Shown: piece by piece, positions 20,054-31,409 of the stretch
Layout: each line of letters opens with the position of its first letter
How positions within the stretch are numbered: the first letter of the stretch is position 1
Assembly (NCBI GenBank): GCA_047150005.1
Contig: AP038806.1
Span: 2,880,001-2,944,000 of the forward strand
DNA length: 64,000 nt
Direction of reading: 5' to 3'
From: Nitrospira sp.
Lineage (GTDB): Bacteria; Nitrospirota; Nitrospiria; Nitrospirales; Nitrospiraceae
Notes under the pieces: model-generated
What the model saw: the letters and a program-made list of their open reading frames with translations, nothing else
Databases searched by the model: none
Told to the model about the DNA's origin: nothing
Position numbers and translations under genes: made by a program

Positions 20054-21499
20054 TTACGTTGAGACTTCGGTCCGAAGTGGTGATGAACGGGAGGACAACG
20101 GAACGCGGACCCGAATTTCGGTCCCTTGCCCGAGGGTTGAGTCGATGGAGAAGGAGCCGTTCAGGAAGCGAATGCGTTCTTGCATCCCGAGCAAGCCCAT
20201 GCTCTGCCCCCTGGTCGCGTCGGCCAAGGCTTTCCGGACCTCGAACCCTCTCCCATTGTCACGGATCGATAAGAGGAGGCCGCCTTCCTCTTGGCGCAAG
20301 GACACGGTCACGGTAGTGGCGTGTGAATGGCGGATGATGTTCGTCACCGCCTCCTGGATGACGCGGAAGCAGGCGATGGCCACGCTTTGCGGCGGCGACA
20401 GACGCTCGTCCACCTGTACGTCCACCTTCCAGCCGGCCCGCTCGGCTTGGCGACTCAGATACCAGCGCACGGCAGGCGCGAGCCCGAGATCATCCAGCAA
20501 GGAGGGGCGCAAGTCGAGCGAGAGATCGCGGACATATTGCAAGGTTTGGTCGATGACGGTCGAGCTGTCCTTCAGGAGCGTCGCGATGTCCGAGGTGTCG
20601 CCGGAGCGCTGGATGGTTTGTAGGTTCATTTTCACGACCGTGAGGGCTTGGCCGATCTCGTCGTGCAGATCGAGCGCCAGGCGGCGCCGCTCGCTCTCCT
20701 GAACTTCCATCAGTTGCTGGGAGAGGGCCTGCATGCGCTCATGGGCTTCGCGAAGGGCCAGTTCCGCGCGCCGGCGATTCAGATACGAGGACAAGCTATC
20801 GGCCAGCGAATTAATGAGGTCGCGCTCCTCGGCGAGAAAGGGACCTTCGGCTTCCGGTGGTCTCGCTTCACGGTAGATGACCTCGATCGTTCCTTCGGCG
20901 CCGTCCAGCGTGACCCACGAGGCGGTCTGCTTCCACGGGGATTCACGAAAGGCGGGCGTGGTGAAGACCATGTTGTCAAAGGTAATGCGGGCGAGGGTGA
21001 TCTCCGGATACTGCCAGGCGGGAGGCAGCAACGCGACGATCTGCTTTAAGACCTCTTCGATCGGTCTGGCGCTGTCTTGCAGGAGGTGCGCCGTTCGATG
21101 CAGCGCGGTCAGTTCCTTCACCCGTTCGCCGAACAGATGGCGAAGCCGTCTTTGTTCTTTGTGATGCAGGGCGTCCGCCGGACCCGATGGAGCGACGTGC
21201 CCGGCTTGAAGCTGTCTGAGCAGGGCGATGCTCCCCCACAACACCGCGATCGCGAGGGCGCGATTACCTACCGCCGGCCAAGCGGGAGAGGGAGAGCCGG
21301 GGTGGAATGCGCCGATCAAAATCAGGGTCGTGATGATCGCGGCAACCAGGGCGGGTACCGGCCGGTTCGGAAGGGAGAAAACCAAGAGGAGCGGAAAGAC
21401 GTAAAGTATCCACCACGCCAAGCCGGGCGGCAGAAAGACATCGAGAAAAAAGATCGTGCCGGTCATTCCGGCCAACACCACAAAGCTTAATCGATCCAT
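20054..21499 (-). CDS. Membrane sensor histidine kinase (HisKA_3, NarX/UhpB-like)
   Basis: TM N-terminus, ERRRLALDLHDEIGQ, QEAVTNIIRHS, DNGRGF, GLLGMQER. Confidence 0.9.
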   Translation of the reverse strand: MDRLSFVVLAGMTGTIFFLDVFLPPGLAWWILYVFPLLLVFSLPNRPVPALVAAIITTLILIGAFHPGSPSPAWPAVGNRALAIAVLWGSIALLRQLQAGHVAPSGPADALHHKEQRRLRHLFGERVKELTALHRTAHLLQDSARPIEEVLKQIVALLPPAWQYPEITLARITFDNMVFTTPAFRESPWKQTASWVTLDGAEGTIEVIYREARPPEAEGPFLAEERDLINSLADSLSSYLNRRRAELALREAHERMQALSQQLMEVQESERRRLALDLHDEIGQALTVVKMNLQTIQRSGDTSDIATLLKDSSTVIDQTLQYVRDLSLDLRPSLLDDLGLAPAVRWYLSRQAERAGWKVDVQVDERLSPPQSVAIACFRVIQEAVTNIIRHSHATTVTVSLRQEEGGLLLSIRDNGRGFEVRKALADATRGQSMGLLGMQERIRFLNGSFSIDSTLGQGTEIRVRVPLSSRSSPLRTEVST

Positions 21500-21643
21500 C
21501 CCCTCACCGCCCGGGCAAGGTCTCTCTCGCCGATCTCAGGAATAGTAGTTTGTCTGAATGAGCTGCTAAAGGCAACGCCTTCGGCGCCGCCTCCGGGTAG
21601 AGAGAAGGCAGAACTGCAGGGTGCGGTCCGAGCCAAAAACCAG

Positions 21644-21673
21644 TTGACAGTTTCAATGCCGGGGTGTTACAAG
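21644..21673 (+). promoter_or_regulatory. Putative promoter TTGACA-N15-TGT-TACAAG of the porin-amtB-glnKD-glnA unit
   Basis: Perfect -35, same spacing as the other leader promoters. Confidence 0.55.
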
Positions 21674-21694
21674 CGCCTCCGACAATCCGAGGTG

Positions 21695-21786
21695 GAGAAA
21701 CAACGGCGTTTCTCTGCCGGTCTGAAAATACGGCGACGCGGACAATGACGTCCTCCGGCCATTGGGGCCCGAGGGCGTTTTTTTTT
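21695..21786 (+). promoter_or_regulatory. ANTAR-type dual-hexaloop leader with terminator
   Basis: GAGAAAC-AACGGC-GTTTCTC, 25 nt, GGAC-AATGAC-GTCC. Terminator GACGTCCTCCGGCC...GGCCCGAGGGCG followed by T9. Confidence 0.8.
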
Positions 21787-21949
21787 GCCTCCCGGGCAGA
21801 TTCCAGATTACCGGGAGGGATATCACGATTCAGAAGGGAGGGATGCCGAGACCACACAAATGATCCGCGTCCGAACATTCGTTCAGCGGCCTTGGCCGTG
21901 CACGTGTCGTCAAACAGGCCACGGACGGCAACGTGACGGTACATAAGGC

Positions 21950-21981
21950 GCACAATGACGTGCATGACGACGATGGTGTCG
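21950..21981 (+). promoter_or_regulatory. Second dual-hexaloop pair without terminator
   Basis: GCAC-AATGAC-GTGC-atga-CGAC-GATGGT-GTCG, ~60 nt before the porin ATG. Confidence 0.55.
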
Positions 21982-22041
21982 AGAGAACCGCCAATCGACA
22001 GCGCAGCATCATCGACAGGAAGAAAAACGGAGGAGGTTGTC

Positions 22042-23433
22042 ATGCACGTGGGCCACAGAAAGTACCAGTGTGTGTGCCTGCTTGTTTTGTTGATGGGACT
22101 CGTCCTGTTCGGTGGCGAACAGGCTTTCGGTCAAGGATCAGCGCCGGTTTCGGCTTCGGCTGCGAGCACTGCGAGTGTGGAGGAACGGCTGGATTCCCTA
22201 GAGAAGAAAGTGGATGCCCCTTCCCTCTGGAAGACCTTGGGGTTCAAGCTCTCAGGGTTCGTGGATATGGCGTATACGCAGAATTTCAATAATCCCAGCA
22301 CCGATCTCAACCAGGGGCACATCTTCGACACGAATGCGAATGCCTTCATGGTGCACTTGGCGCAGATCATGTTGGAGCGGCCGGCGGATGCAGGCGGGAG
22401 CCTCCTCGATCGAGCCGGATTCCGCGCTAGGCTGAATTTCGGACAGGACGCGCGTGTGACTCGGGCGCGCACGAACTATCAGGTGGGCACCAGCAACGAC
22501 GAAATCGATTTCCAGGAAGTCTATGCCGAGTACATCCTGCCGGTCGGCAATGGACTCAAAGTTCAGTTCGGCAAGATGAACACGCTGATCGGGTATGAGG
22601 TCATCAACAGTTGGGAGAACGTCAATTTTGCCCGCTCCTTCATGTTCGGTACGGGCCAGGCCTTCACGACGACCGGTCTTCGGTTCACCTATACGTTCAA
22701 TCCGATGGTCACGGCGGCGTTCGGCATCACCAATGGATGGGACAACGTCGACGACAATAACCGAGGCAAGACGATCGAGTACCTCGTAGCCCTGACTCCG
22801 CACGAGAAGTTCGGCGTGAGTTGGTACGGCTCCTATGGGCCCGAACAGGCGAACAGGAGCTTCGGGGATACCTTCAGTCCGCCGTTGCCTGGCACCACCA
22901 CGACAACGGGCCCTACGCCGACCGGCGGCGCGGCGGGGGATCCCTCTGCCAAACGCTTTGCCAACGGGCTCATCATTACGATGAAGCCCACCGCCAAGGA
23001 CACGGTGGTGCTGGAGCCCTACTACGTCAATGAAGCCAACAACCCGGCCCGGGCGGTGAATCCCGCCCTCCCGGCCAATGCGCGGTGGAACGGGTTGGCT
23101 GGCTATCTGATTCACGATTTCGACGACCAGTGGAGTTTCCGTCTCCGCGGCGAGATTTTCGAAGACCAGAGCGGCACTCGGTTGTGTAGTGGCACCCTGA
23201 ACACTGGGGGCGGCACCAACACGTGCGCCGGCGCGACCAACACCACGCCGGCCCCGCCGGACAGCCGAACGGTCTGGGAATTCACGCCGACGATCCAATT
23301 CAAACCGGTGCCCTCGCTCATCACGCGCCTGGAGTTCCGGTATGACAAGTCGGACAAGAACATCTTCCTCCAAGGCACCAAACCGGTGAATAACCAGGAG
23401 ACGCTCTCGTTCGAGGTCATGTACCTGTTCTGA
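22042..23433 (+). CDS. Outer-membrane beta-barrel porin (BBP2/OmpL-like)
   Basis: GGAGGAGG RBS, signal peptide, beta-barrel pattern, C-terminal YLF. Paralog of 4689-5972. Confidence 0.82.
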   Translation: MHVGHRKYQCVCLLVLLMGLVLFGGEQAFGQGSAPVSASAASTASVEERLDSLEKKVDAPSLWKTLGFKLSGFVDMAYTQNFNNPSTDLNQGHIFDTNANAFMVHLAQIMLERPADAGGSLLDRAGFRARLNFGQDARVTRARTNYQVGTSNDEIDFQEVYAEYILPVGNGLKVQFGKMNTLIGYEVINSWENVNFARSFMFGTGQAFTTTGLRFTYTFNPMVTAAFGITNGWDNVDDNNRGKTIEYLVALTPHEKFGVSWYGSYGPEQANRSFGDTFSPPLPGTTTTTGPTPTGGAAGDPSAKRFANGLIITMKPTAKDTVVLEPYYVNEANNPARAVNPALPANARWNGLAGYLIHDFDDQWSFRLRGEIFEDQSGTRLCSGTLNTGGGTNTCAGATNTTPAPPDSRTVWEFTPTIQFKPVPSLITRLEFRYDKSDKNIFLQGTKPVNNQETLSFEVMYLF

Positions 23434-23458
23434 TGAACGGCAAATTAAGGAGGAGTCT

Positions 23459-24871
23459 ATGAGAGTAACGGGACAGGTGATTATCACAATGTTCATGGTT
23501 GCCGCTCTTGGTATCCTGACGCCGGTGTCCAGCTGTTGGGCCCAAGAGTCACCGGCTCAGAGCCAATTCCCGTCGGCAGTGACACCAACGCCCTCTGAGG
23601 CGCCTGCGGTCCCGCCTGCAGCTTCGGGCCCGACGCAGGCACCCCCCAAAATTGATACGGGAGATACGGCCTGGGTGCTGACCTCTTCGGCCCTCGTGTT
23701 GGCCATGACGGCGCCGGGGTTGGCCATTTTTTATGGTGGAATGGTGCGGAGGAAAAACGTCCTGAACATCATTCTCCAGTCGTTCATCATTCTGTGTGTG
23801 ATCAGCGTCCAATGGGTTCTGTGGGGATACAGTCTCGCCTTCGGCCCGGACAAGGGACACCTGATCGGCGGTCTCGAGTGGCTGGGCTTGAACGGTGTGG
23901 GGCTGGAGCCCAATGCCGACTACGCCGCGACGATTCCGCACCAGGCCTTCATGGTCTTCCAGTTGATGTTTGCCGTGATTACGCCGGCGTTGATCACCGG
24001 AGCCAGCGCGGAGCGAATGAAGTTCAGCTCTTTTCTGGTATTCGTCCTGCTGTGGGCCACCTTCATCTACGATCCCCTCGCGCACTGGGTGTGGGCCGTC
24101 GGAGGTTGGCTGAGAAATTTCGGTGCGCTGGATTTTGCGGGGGGCACAGTGGTGCATATCAGTTCAGGATTCGCCGGGTTGGCCTGCGCGCTGGTCTTGG
24201 GAAAGCGGCATGGTCTTAACACCGAACCCATGCCCCCGCATAATCTCCCCCTCACGATCATCGGCGCCTCGCTGCTTTGGTTCGGATGGTTCGGATTCAA
24301 TGCGGGAAGCGCAGTGGCTTCCGGGGCGCTCGCCACGAGCGCGTTTGTCGTCACCAACACCGCCACGGCTGCCGCGGCGTTGGCTTGGATGATGTCGGAG
24401 TGGATCCATCGCGGAGTCCCAACTGCGTTGGGCGCTGCCAGCGGAGCCGTCGCCGGACTGGTCGCCATTACTCCGGCGTCCGGATTTGTCGGGCCGCTCC
24501 CCTCGATCCTCATCGGGCTCGGCGCCGGCGTCCTCTGTTATATGGCCGTAGTGCTAAAAGGGAGACTCGGCTATGACGACGCGCTAGATGCGTTTGGGAT
24601 TCATGGCGTGGGAGGCTCGTGGGGAGCCATCGCCACCGGGTTGTTCGCCTCCAAAGCAATCAATCCGGCCGGGGCTGACGGACTCTTTTTCGGGAATCCT
24701 GGTCAACTGATCATCCAGTTTGAAGCCGTCGTGGTCACTTGGATATTCGCGTTTGGAGGAACCTATATTATGCTCAAAATAATCGACGCAGTCATGGGGC
24801 TCAGAGTATCAAAGGAGCACGAGGTCAACGGGCTGGACCTCACTCAACACAATGAGGCGGCCTATTCTTGA
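23459..24871 (+). CDS. amtB: Ammonium transporter AmtB
   Basis: FQLMFA, DFAGGTVVH, WFGWFGFNAGS, YDDALDAFGIHG, GLD..QHNE.AY; twin His intact. Confidence 0.96.
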   Translation: MRVTGQVIITMFMVAALGILTPVSSCWAQESPAQSQFPSAVTPTPSEAPAVPPAASGPTQAPPKIDTGDTAWVLTSSALVLAMTAPGLAIFYGGMVRRKNVLNIILQSFIILCVISVQWVLWGYSLAFGPDKGHLIGGLEWLGLNGVGLEPNADYAATIPHQAFMVFQLMFAVITPALITGASAERMKFSSFLVFVLLWATFIYDPLAHWVWAVGGWLRNFGALDFAGGTVVHISSGFAGLACALVLGKRHGLNTEPMPPHNLPLTIIGASLLWFGWFGFNAGSAVASGALATSAFVVTNTATAAAALAWMMSEWIHRGVPTALGAASGAVAGLVAITPASGFVGPLPSILIGLGAGVLCYMAVVLKGRLGYDDALDAFGIHGVGGSWGAIATGLFASKAINPAGADGLFFGNPGQLIIQFEAVVVTWIFAFGGTYIMLKIIDAVMGLRVSKEHEVNGLDLTQHNEAAYS

Positions 24872-24904
24872 TCACTCCCCGGCATGAGCTGCGCCCCGGC
24901 AATT

Positions 24905-24965
24905 GTCTCGAAAGGGCGGATCGGCTATGATGACGCCTTTCATGTCCTGGGCATTCGTGGGTGGG
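24905..24965 (+). pseudogene. Relic fragment of an amt gene
   Basis: Translates to VSKGRIGYDDAFHVLGIRG, versus AmtB VLKGRLGYDDALDAFGIHG. Confidence 0.65.
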
Positions 24966-25037
24966 ATCGCGGCTGGCCAGGGAAGATGAAAATGGACTCA
25001 AACGGGTTGCACTGAGCTATATGCTCCACGCGATTAG

Positions 25038-25402
<365 letters not shown>

Positions 25403-25403
<1 letters not shown>

Positions 25404-28090
25404 TGTCGCCCGTGGAACGCGACGTATCGGCGATGCCCGTCCCGGAAACAGAAACGCCCGGCCTCGGTGCGTTGCTGGAGGAGCATCGTCGAACGATTGC
25501 GCAGCGGGTGATGGGCGGAGCGTCCGGAGGGGAAACGCTCGCCGCGATGACGGAGTTTGTCGACGGCCTGGTCGTCGGGCACTATCGCGACGCGGTGCGC
25601 CGGGGCGGCGACGAGTTGGCGGACGTCGGGTTCCGGCAATGCTGTGTGGTGGCCCTGGGGGGCTATGGCCGACGCGAACTGGCTCCCTACTCGGACATCG
25701 ACCTCATGGTTCTATTTCAGCCGGGGTCGGACAAGGGGATCGAGTCGCTGGTCCGGGCCGTCCTGCATCCGTTGTGGGACTGCGGGTTCCAAGTCGGGCA
25801 GAGCGTGCGAACCATCTCCGACAGCATCCAATTGGCCGAGACGGATACCACCGTCAAGACCTCGATGATGGAAGCGCGCTTTTTGGCCGGCAGTTCCGAG
25901 CTCTTCCAAGACTTTCATCGCCGATACCTGCGCAAAGTCGTCACCAAAAATGCCGACGCGTTCCTCGATCAGAAACTCGAGGAGCGCCGGCGCGAGTACG
26001 AAAGATTCGGCGAGACCGTCTATTTGCTCGAACCGAACGTCAAGAAGAGCAAGGGAGGATTGCGGGACCTGCATCTGCTCCAGTGGGCGGGTATGGTGCG
26101 GTACCAGGCCCCCACGATTCGAGAGTTGTCCGACCGAGGCATTCTGTCGCGGAGCGATACGCTGGCGCTGAGCGAAGCGCGGGATTTTCTCTGGCGGGTG
26201 CGGTCGTTACTCCATGTGCATGCCGGGACGGCACAGGAGATTCTGACATTCGACGAGCAGGTCTGGCTGGCGCAACTTTTCGGCTTCACCGATCGGCCGC
26301 ACTTGCTGGCGGTCGAACAGTTCATGCAGCAATACTACAAACACACCATGGGGCTGCACGAGCGCTGCATGCGGTTTGTGGAGCGTTGTCGGACTGTGCC
26401 GTTCTGGCGCCGAGTCGCGCAATTCCTGCCGGCTCCGCGGGTGGACGAGTATTTCGTCATCCGAAGCGGGGTCTTGACGGTCGCCGACGAGCACCGAGCG
26501 AAGGTCCTCGAAAGCCCGGAGGTCCTGCTCCGGCTCTTCGATTTGGCGCGAGAGCGGCATCTGATCATCGCGCCGCCGTTGCTGGAAGATATTCACCGGC
26601 ACGTCGATCATGTGTCGGAGGACGCCTACCGCGCGCCGGAGGTCAGCCGCATCTTTCTGCGGATCATGGCCGGTCCGAGGACCACGCCCACGCTGGACGC
26701 GATGCACCGAGCCCACTTACTGGAAAAACTGGTGCCGGCCATGGGAACGGTCCGTGGCCTGATGCAATTCAATCAGTACCACAAGTACACCGTCGATGAG
26801 CACAGTCTGCTGGCCGTGGGGCGGGCCGAAGCCCTGTCGCTGGATCCCGGATTGCTTGGGGAGATCTATCGCAGCATCAAACGGAAAGATATTCTGCACC
26901 TTGCCGTGCTCATGCACGATCTCGGAAAGGGCCAGGAGCAGGATCACAGCGATGTCGGCCGGATACTTGCGGAGGAAGTCGGCGCTCGTCTCGGGTTGGA
27001 CGAACAAGACTTGCGAACGCTGTCGTTCCTCGTCCACCGGCATCTTGTGATGGCGCATACCGCCTTTCGCCGGGATCCGGGAGATGAAAAGGTCGTGTTG
27101 CCGTTCGCTCGGGAAGTCGGCACCCCGGAGGTGTTGAAGAAATTGGTCGCGCTCACCGCTGCGGATATCGCCGCGGTCGGCCCCGGGGTGCTGACCAAGT
27201 GGAAAGAGTCGCTCCTGATCGAGTTGTACGGGAGAACGATGCCGGAACTGTCGGGCGATCGGGAAACTCTCTGCGCTCCGGAGCGATTCGCGCAAGTGGC
27301 GGAGGAAGTCAGGCGCCATCCGACGCTCGCGGGCCTGGAGGACATCGACCAAGCCTGGGTCGAGACGCAACTGAATCTGTTTCCGGAGCGGTATGTGAAC
27401 GGCGCGACGACGGCCCGCATCGCGGCGCACCTCTCGGCTGTTCGCCGGCTTCGCCCGGGAGAAGTCGCCGTCGAGTCTGATTTCAACCATGAGCTGGGGA
27501 CCTGCGAATACACGGTGGTCGCGCACAATGATCTGACCCCGGGAATCTTCTCGAAAATCGCGGGTGTCATGGCGGGCAGCGGATTGCAAATTCTGGACGC
27601 GCAAATTCTCACCAGAGAGGACAGCGTCGTCGTCGACACCTTCCAGGTGACGGATCCGGATTATCACGGGGAGCCGCCGGCGGAACGCCGGCACGCGGTG
27701 GGAGAGCGCATCGCCGCGGTCTTGAAGGGATGGGAGCATGTCGACGATGTCTTGAGGCGCGGCGCCCGCTTGAAACTGACGCGCCCTCTGCCGAAGGCGC
27801 GTGAGGCCACCGAGGTGCGGCTCGACAACGAAACGTCGGACCGCTGCACGATCATCGATGTCTTCGCCGATGATCGGCAGGGCTTGTTGCACGTGATCAC
27901 CAACGCCATCTTCCAGCTCGGGTTGTCGATCCATGCGGCCCGCATCTCCACCAGGCTGGATCAGGTCGCGGACGTGTTCTATGTGACGGATCTCTCGGGA
28001 GGAAAATTGTTCGATCCGGCTCAACTGGAGCGGGTGCGGGCCGGCGTCGAACAAGCCATCGAAAAGTTTCTCGCCGTGAAGGCGGCATAG
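25403..28090 (+). CDS. glnD: PII uridylyltransferase/uridylyl-removing enzyme
   Basis: GGYGR.EL.PYSDIDL, EPNVK..KGGLRD, YH.YTVDEH, HDLGKG, two ACT domains. Confidence 0.95.
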
Positions 28091-28135
28091 CGGGGGGCGT
28101 TGGGCAATGTCAGGGCTGTCTGAAAGGAGGAGGGA

Positions 28136-29545
28136 ATGAACGTTCGCGAGGTGTTGGAATTTGCCAAGAAGAACAAGGTCCAGGTCGTGGATCTGAAATT
28201 CATCGATTTGGTGGGGACGTGGCAGCATTTCACGATTCCGACCAGCGAGTTGACCGAGGACCTGTTCAAGGACGGGTCCGGTCTGGACGGCTCATCCATC
28301 CGCGGGTGGAAGGCCATCAACAACAGTGACATGCTGGTCGTGCCTGATCCCGCGACCGCCTGCATGGACCCGTTCACCGCGGTGCCGACCTTGAGCCTGA
28401 CAGGAAACATCATCGATCCGATCTCCCGCGAGAACTACGATCGCGACCCTCGCTTCATCGCCCAGAAAGCCGAAAGGTATCTTCAGAGCACGAAGATCGG
28501 CGACATTTCCTTCTGGGGACCGGAAGCGGAATTTTTCATCTTTGACCAGGCGAGGTACGATCAAACGAGCCACAGCGGCTATTACCACATCGACTCCGAA
28601 GAGGGCGTGTGGAACATGGGCCAGGAGGGGGTCAACCTGGGCGGCAAGATCCGCCACAAGGAAGGCTACTTCCCGGTGCCTCCGACCGACACGCAGCAGG
28701 ACATCCGTAGCGAGATGATCCTCGAAATGGAGAAGGTCGGCATTGCGGTGGAGAAACATCATCATGAGGTCGCGACGGCCGGCCAGGCCGAAATCGACGT
28801 GCGGTTCGATTCCCTGCTCAAGATGGCCGACAAGATGATGATGTACAAGTACATCGTCAAGAACGTGGCGCGTCGGCACGGCAAGACAGTGACCTTCATG
28901 CCCAAGCCGATTTTCGGAGACAACGGCTCCGGTATGCACACCCATCAGAGCATTTGGAAAGACGGCAAGCCGCTCTTTGCCGGAAAGGACTATGCCGGAG
29001 TCTCCCAAACCTGTCTCTACTACATCGGCGGCATTTTGAAGCACGCGCCGGCTCTGGCGGCGATCACGAACCCGACGACGAATTCTTATAAACGCCTGAC
29101 GCCTGGATTCGAAGCGCCGGTGCTTCTGGCCTATTCGAGCCGGAACCGGTCGGCTGGCATCCGCATCCCGATGTATTCACCGAGCCCCAAAGCCAAACGG
29201 ATCGAAGTGCGGTTCCCGGATCCGGGATGCAACCCGTACCTGGCATTCTCGGCCATGCTCATGGCGGGGATCGACGGCATCGAAAACAAGATCAATCCTG
29301 GCGAACCGGCGGAGAAGGACCTCTACGACTTGGAGGCGAAGGAAGCGGCAAAGATCCGAACCATGCCGGGCAGCCTGGACGAAGCGCTGAGCAACCTGGA
29401 AAAGGATCATAAGTTCCTGCTGAAGGGCGGGGTGTTCAGCGAAGATCTCGTCGAAGCATGGATCAGCTACAAGCGGACGAAGGAAGTCGATCCGATGCGG
29501 CTGCGGCCGCACCCGTATGAATTCTTCCTCTACTACGATGTCTAG
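28136..29545 (+). CDS. glnA: Glutamine synthetase type I
   Basis: [40 protein letters not shown] adenylylation site. Confidence 0.98.
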   Translation: MNVREVLEFAKKNKVQVVDLKFIDLVGTWQHFTIPTSELTEDLFKDGSGLDGSSIRGWKAINNSDMLVVPDPATACMDPFTAVPTLSLTGNIIDPISRENYDRDPRFIAQKAERYLQSTKIGDISFWGPEAEFFIFDQARYDQTSHSGYYHIDSEEGVWNMGQEGVNLGGKIRHKEGYFPVPPTDTQQDIRSEMILEMEKVGIAVEKHHHEVATAGQAEIDVRFDSLLKMADKMMMYKYIVKNVARRHGKTVTFMPKPIFGDNGSGMHTHQSIWKDGKPLFAGKDYAGVSQTCLYYIGGILKHAPALAAITNPTTNSYKRLTPGFEAPVLLAYSSRNRSAGIRIPMYSPSPKAKRIEVRFPDPGCNPYLAFSAMLMAGIDGIENKINPGEPAEKDLYDLEAKEAAKIRTMPGSLDEALSNLEKDHKFLLKGGVFSEDLVEAWISYKRTKEVDPMRLRPHPYEFFLYYDV

Positions 29546-29597
29546 CAAGTCATGGCTTGAGGGACCGGGGGAAGGGCGCTGTTTTCACCAGCCTGGG

Positions 29598-29627
29598 TTG
29601 ACGAAATCGGAAGAGCCGTGCTATAAG
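29598..29627 (+). promoter_or_regulatory. Putative promoter TTGACG-N15-TGC-TATAAG of the cyn unit
   Basis: Near-consensus -35 and extended -10 directly before the leader. Confidence 0.6.
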
Positions 29628-29643
29628 GACGCTGACATTTCAA

Positions 29644-29737
29644 TCAGGCAACGGCGCCTGAGCGAGGCTTCGTAGATCAGCACACGGACAAGGGCGTCCG
29701 TCATTCTCAGAATGAATGACGGACGCCTTTTGGTTTT
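29644..29737 (+). promoter_or_regulatory. ANTAR-type dual-hexaloop leader with terminator
   Basis: TCAGGC-AACGGC-GCCTGA, 22 nt, ACGGAC-AAGGGC-GTCCGT. Terminator GGCGTCCGTCATTC...GAATGACGGACGCC-TTTTGGTTTT. Confidence 0.8.
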
Positions 29738-29812
29738 CAGAGGCCGGCCAATCGCGCAGCGGCCTCGGCATGAGATATAGGTCGGGCGGATCGCTGGAGA
29801 CCCGCGATGAGT

Positions 29813-29856
29813 GGACAAGGGCGTCCTTCTCTCAACAGAGGGAGGGGCGCTTTTTT
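29813..29856 (+). terminator. Second hexaloop-overlapping terminator in the cyn leader
   Basis: GGAC-AAGGGC-GTCC overlapping GCGTCCTTCTCTC-AACA-GAGGGAGGGGCGC-T6. Confidence 0.7.
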
Positions 29857-29904
29857 GTTTGTGGTCAACGCGGGCATGAGCTGACGGGCGGAAAGGAGCG
29901 CAGC

Positions 29905-31230
29905 ATGACGGAGCGAATGACTTCCCGGTCGAACGGCGCGGGTCTCGGGGATATGAAGGAACCATCTTCTTCCGAGCAATATTTGGAGCGGACGCTGGAC
30001 CAGGCGGTCGCCGCCGCCGTGCTAGAGGCGGCGGGACCGACCCGCCGGCAGCTCCTTGCAGGACTCGGGGCGGCGGCCATCACGGCTTTGGTGTCCGAGG
30101 TGTTCCCGTTGGCCAAGCTCAAGGCCTTTGCCGCAGATCCGGTAGGGAAACCGGAAAAGACGGACGTCAGTATTGCGTTCATCCCGATTACGTGCGGCAC
30201 GCCGATCATCATGGCGGAGCCATTGGGCTTCTATAAGAAACACGGGCTGAATGCCTCGGTGAAACGGGCGGCCGGATGGGCGATGATTCGCGACTGGGCG
30301 GTGAACAAAGAGGTGGACGCGGCCCACATGCTCACGCCTATGCCATTGGCGATCACATTGGGCGCCGGGTCGGTGCCGACGCCGATCTACATGCCGGCGG
30401 TGGAGAACATCAACGGCCAGGCCATCACGCTGCACATCAAACACAAGGACGTGAAGACTGCGTCTGATATGAAGGGTTTTCGCTTCTGTGTACCGTTCGA
30501 CTATTCGATGCATAACTATCTGCTGCGCTACTTCCTGGCGGAAGGAGGGGTACATCCGGATAAGGACGTTCAGATCAGAGTGGTTCCCCCGGCGGAGATG
30601 GTCGCAAATCTCAAGGCCGGCAATGTGGACGGCTATCTGGGACCAGACCCGTTCAATCAGCGCGCCGTATATGAGAATGCCGGGTTCATCTTCAAACTGT
30701 CCAGAGACATCTGGGACCGGCATCCCTGCTGTGCCTTTACCGTCACCAAAGAATACGCAACGACCTATCCGAACACGTTTCTCGCCATGTGGCGCGCGAT
30801 CGTGGACGCCACTCATTATGCGTCCGATCCGGCTCACCGCAAGGAGATTGCAGCGGCGATCGCCCCGACCAACTACTTGAACCAGCCCGTGACCGTCCTG
30901 GAGCAGGTGCTGACCGGCACGTATGCGGACGGGTTAGGCAGCATCAAGAAGGAGCCGAACCGCATCGATTTCGATCCCTATCCCTGGCACTCGATGGCGA
31001 TCTGGATTCTCACGCAGATGAAACGCTGGGGGCACCTGAAAGGGGACGTGAACTACAAGGCGGTGGCCGAGCAGGTGTATCGGGCGGCGGACTGCGACCG
31101 CATCGCAAAGGATCTCGGCTATCCGACCCATCAATCGACCACGATGAACCACGTGATCATGGGCAAAGAATTCGATCCGAACAATGCGGAAGCCTACGTA
31201 AAAGGTTTCAAGATTCACAGCATGGCGTGA
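29905..31230 (+). CDS. cynA: CmpA/NrtA/CynA-family ABC substrate-binding protein (likely cyanate)
   Basis: Tat-like TRRQLL, FIPITC.TPIIMA, ENINGQAIT, HPCC, RIDFDPYPW. Clustered with cynS. Confidence 0.8.
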   Translation: MTERMTSRSNGAGLGDMKEPSSSEQYLERTLDQAVAAAVLEAAGPTRRQLLAGLGAAAITALVSEVFPLAKLKAFAADPVGKPEKTDVSIAFIPITCGTPIIMAEPLGFYKKHGLNASVKRAAGWAMIRDWAVNKEVDAAHMLTPMPLAITLGAGSVPTPIYMPAVENINGQAITLHIKHKDVKTASDMKGFRFCVPFDYSMHNYLLRYFLAEGGVHPDKDVQIRVVPPAEMVANLKAGNVDGYLGPDPFNQRAVYENAGFIFKLSRDIWDRHPCCAFTVTKEYATTYPNTFLAMWRAIVDATHYASDPAHRKEIAAAIAPTNYLNQPVTVLEQVLTGTYADGLGSIKKEPNRIDFDPYPWHSMAIWILTQMKRWGHLKGDVNYKAVAEQVYRAADCDRIAKDLGYPTHQSTTMNHVIMGKEFDPNNAEAYVKGFKIHSMA

Positions 31231-31409
31231 GGAGACCAATGGAATCGACGAACGACACCCTGTTGCCTGAAGCGACGAGGCCGGAGCAGGTCGATGCTCC
31301 ATTCGTCTCCTTCCAACGTGCCCTGAATCGGCCCTCTCCGTTAATGATAAAGTTATGGACGTGGGGGTCGCGGGCAGACCGTGGTTCCCAGACTCAGCGA
31401 GGAGGAGCC

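Noticed and set aside
30789..31409. Long N-terminal extension of the cynB ORF
   Set aside because: It overlaps cynA out of frame; a strong GGAGGAG RBS supports the start at 31410.
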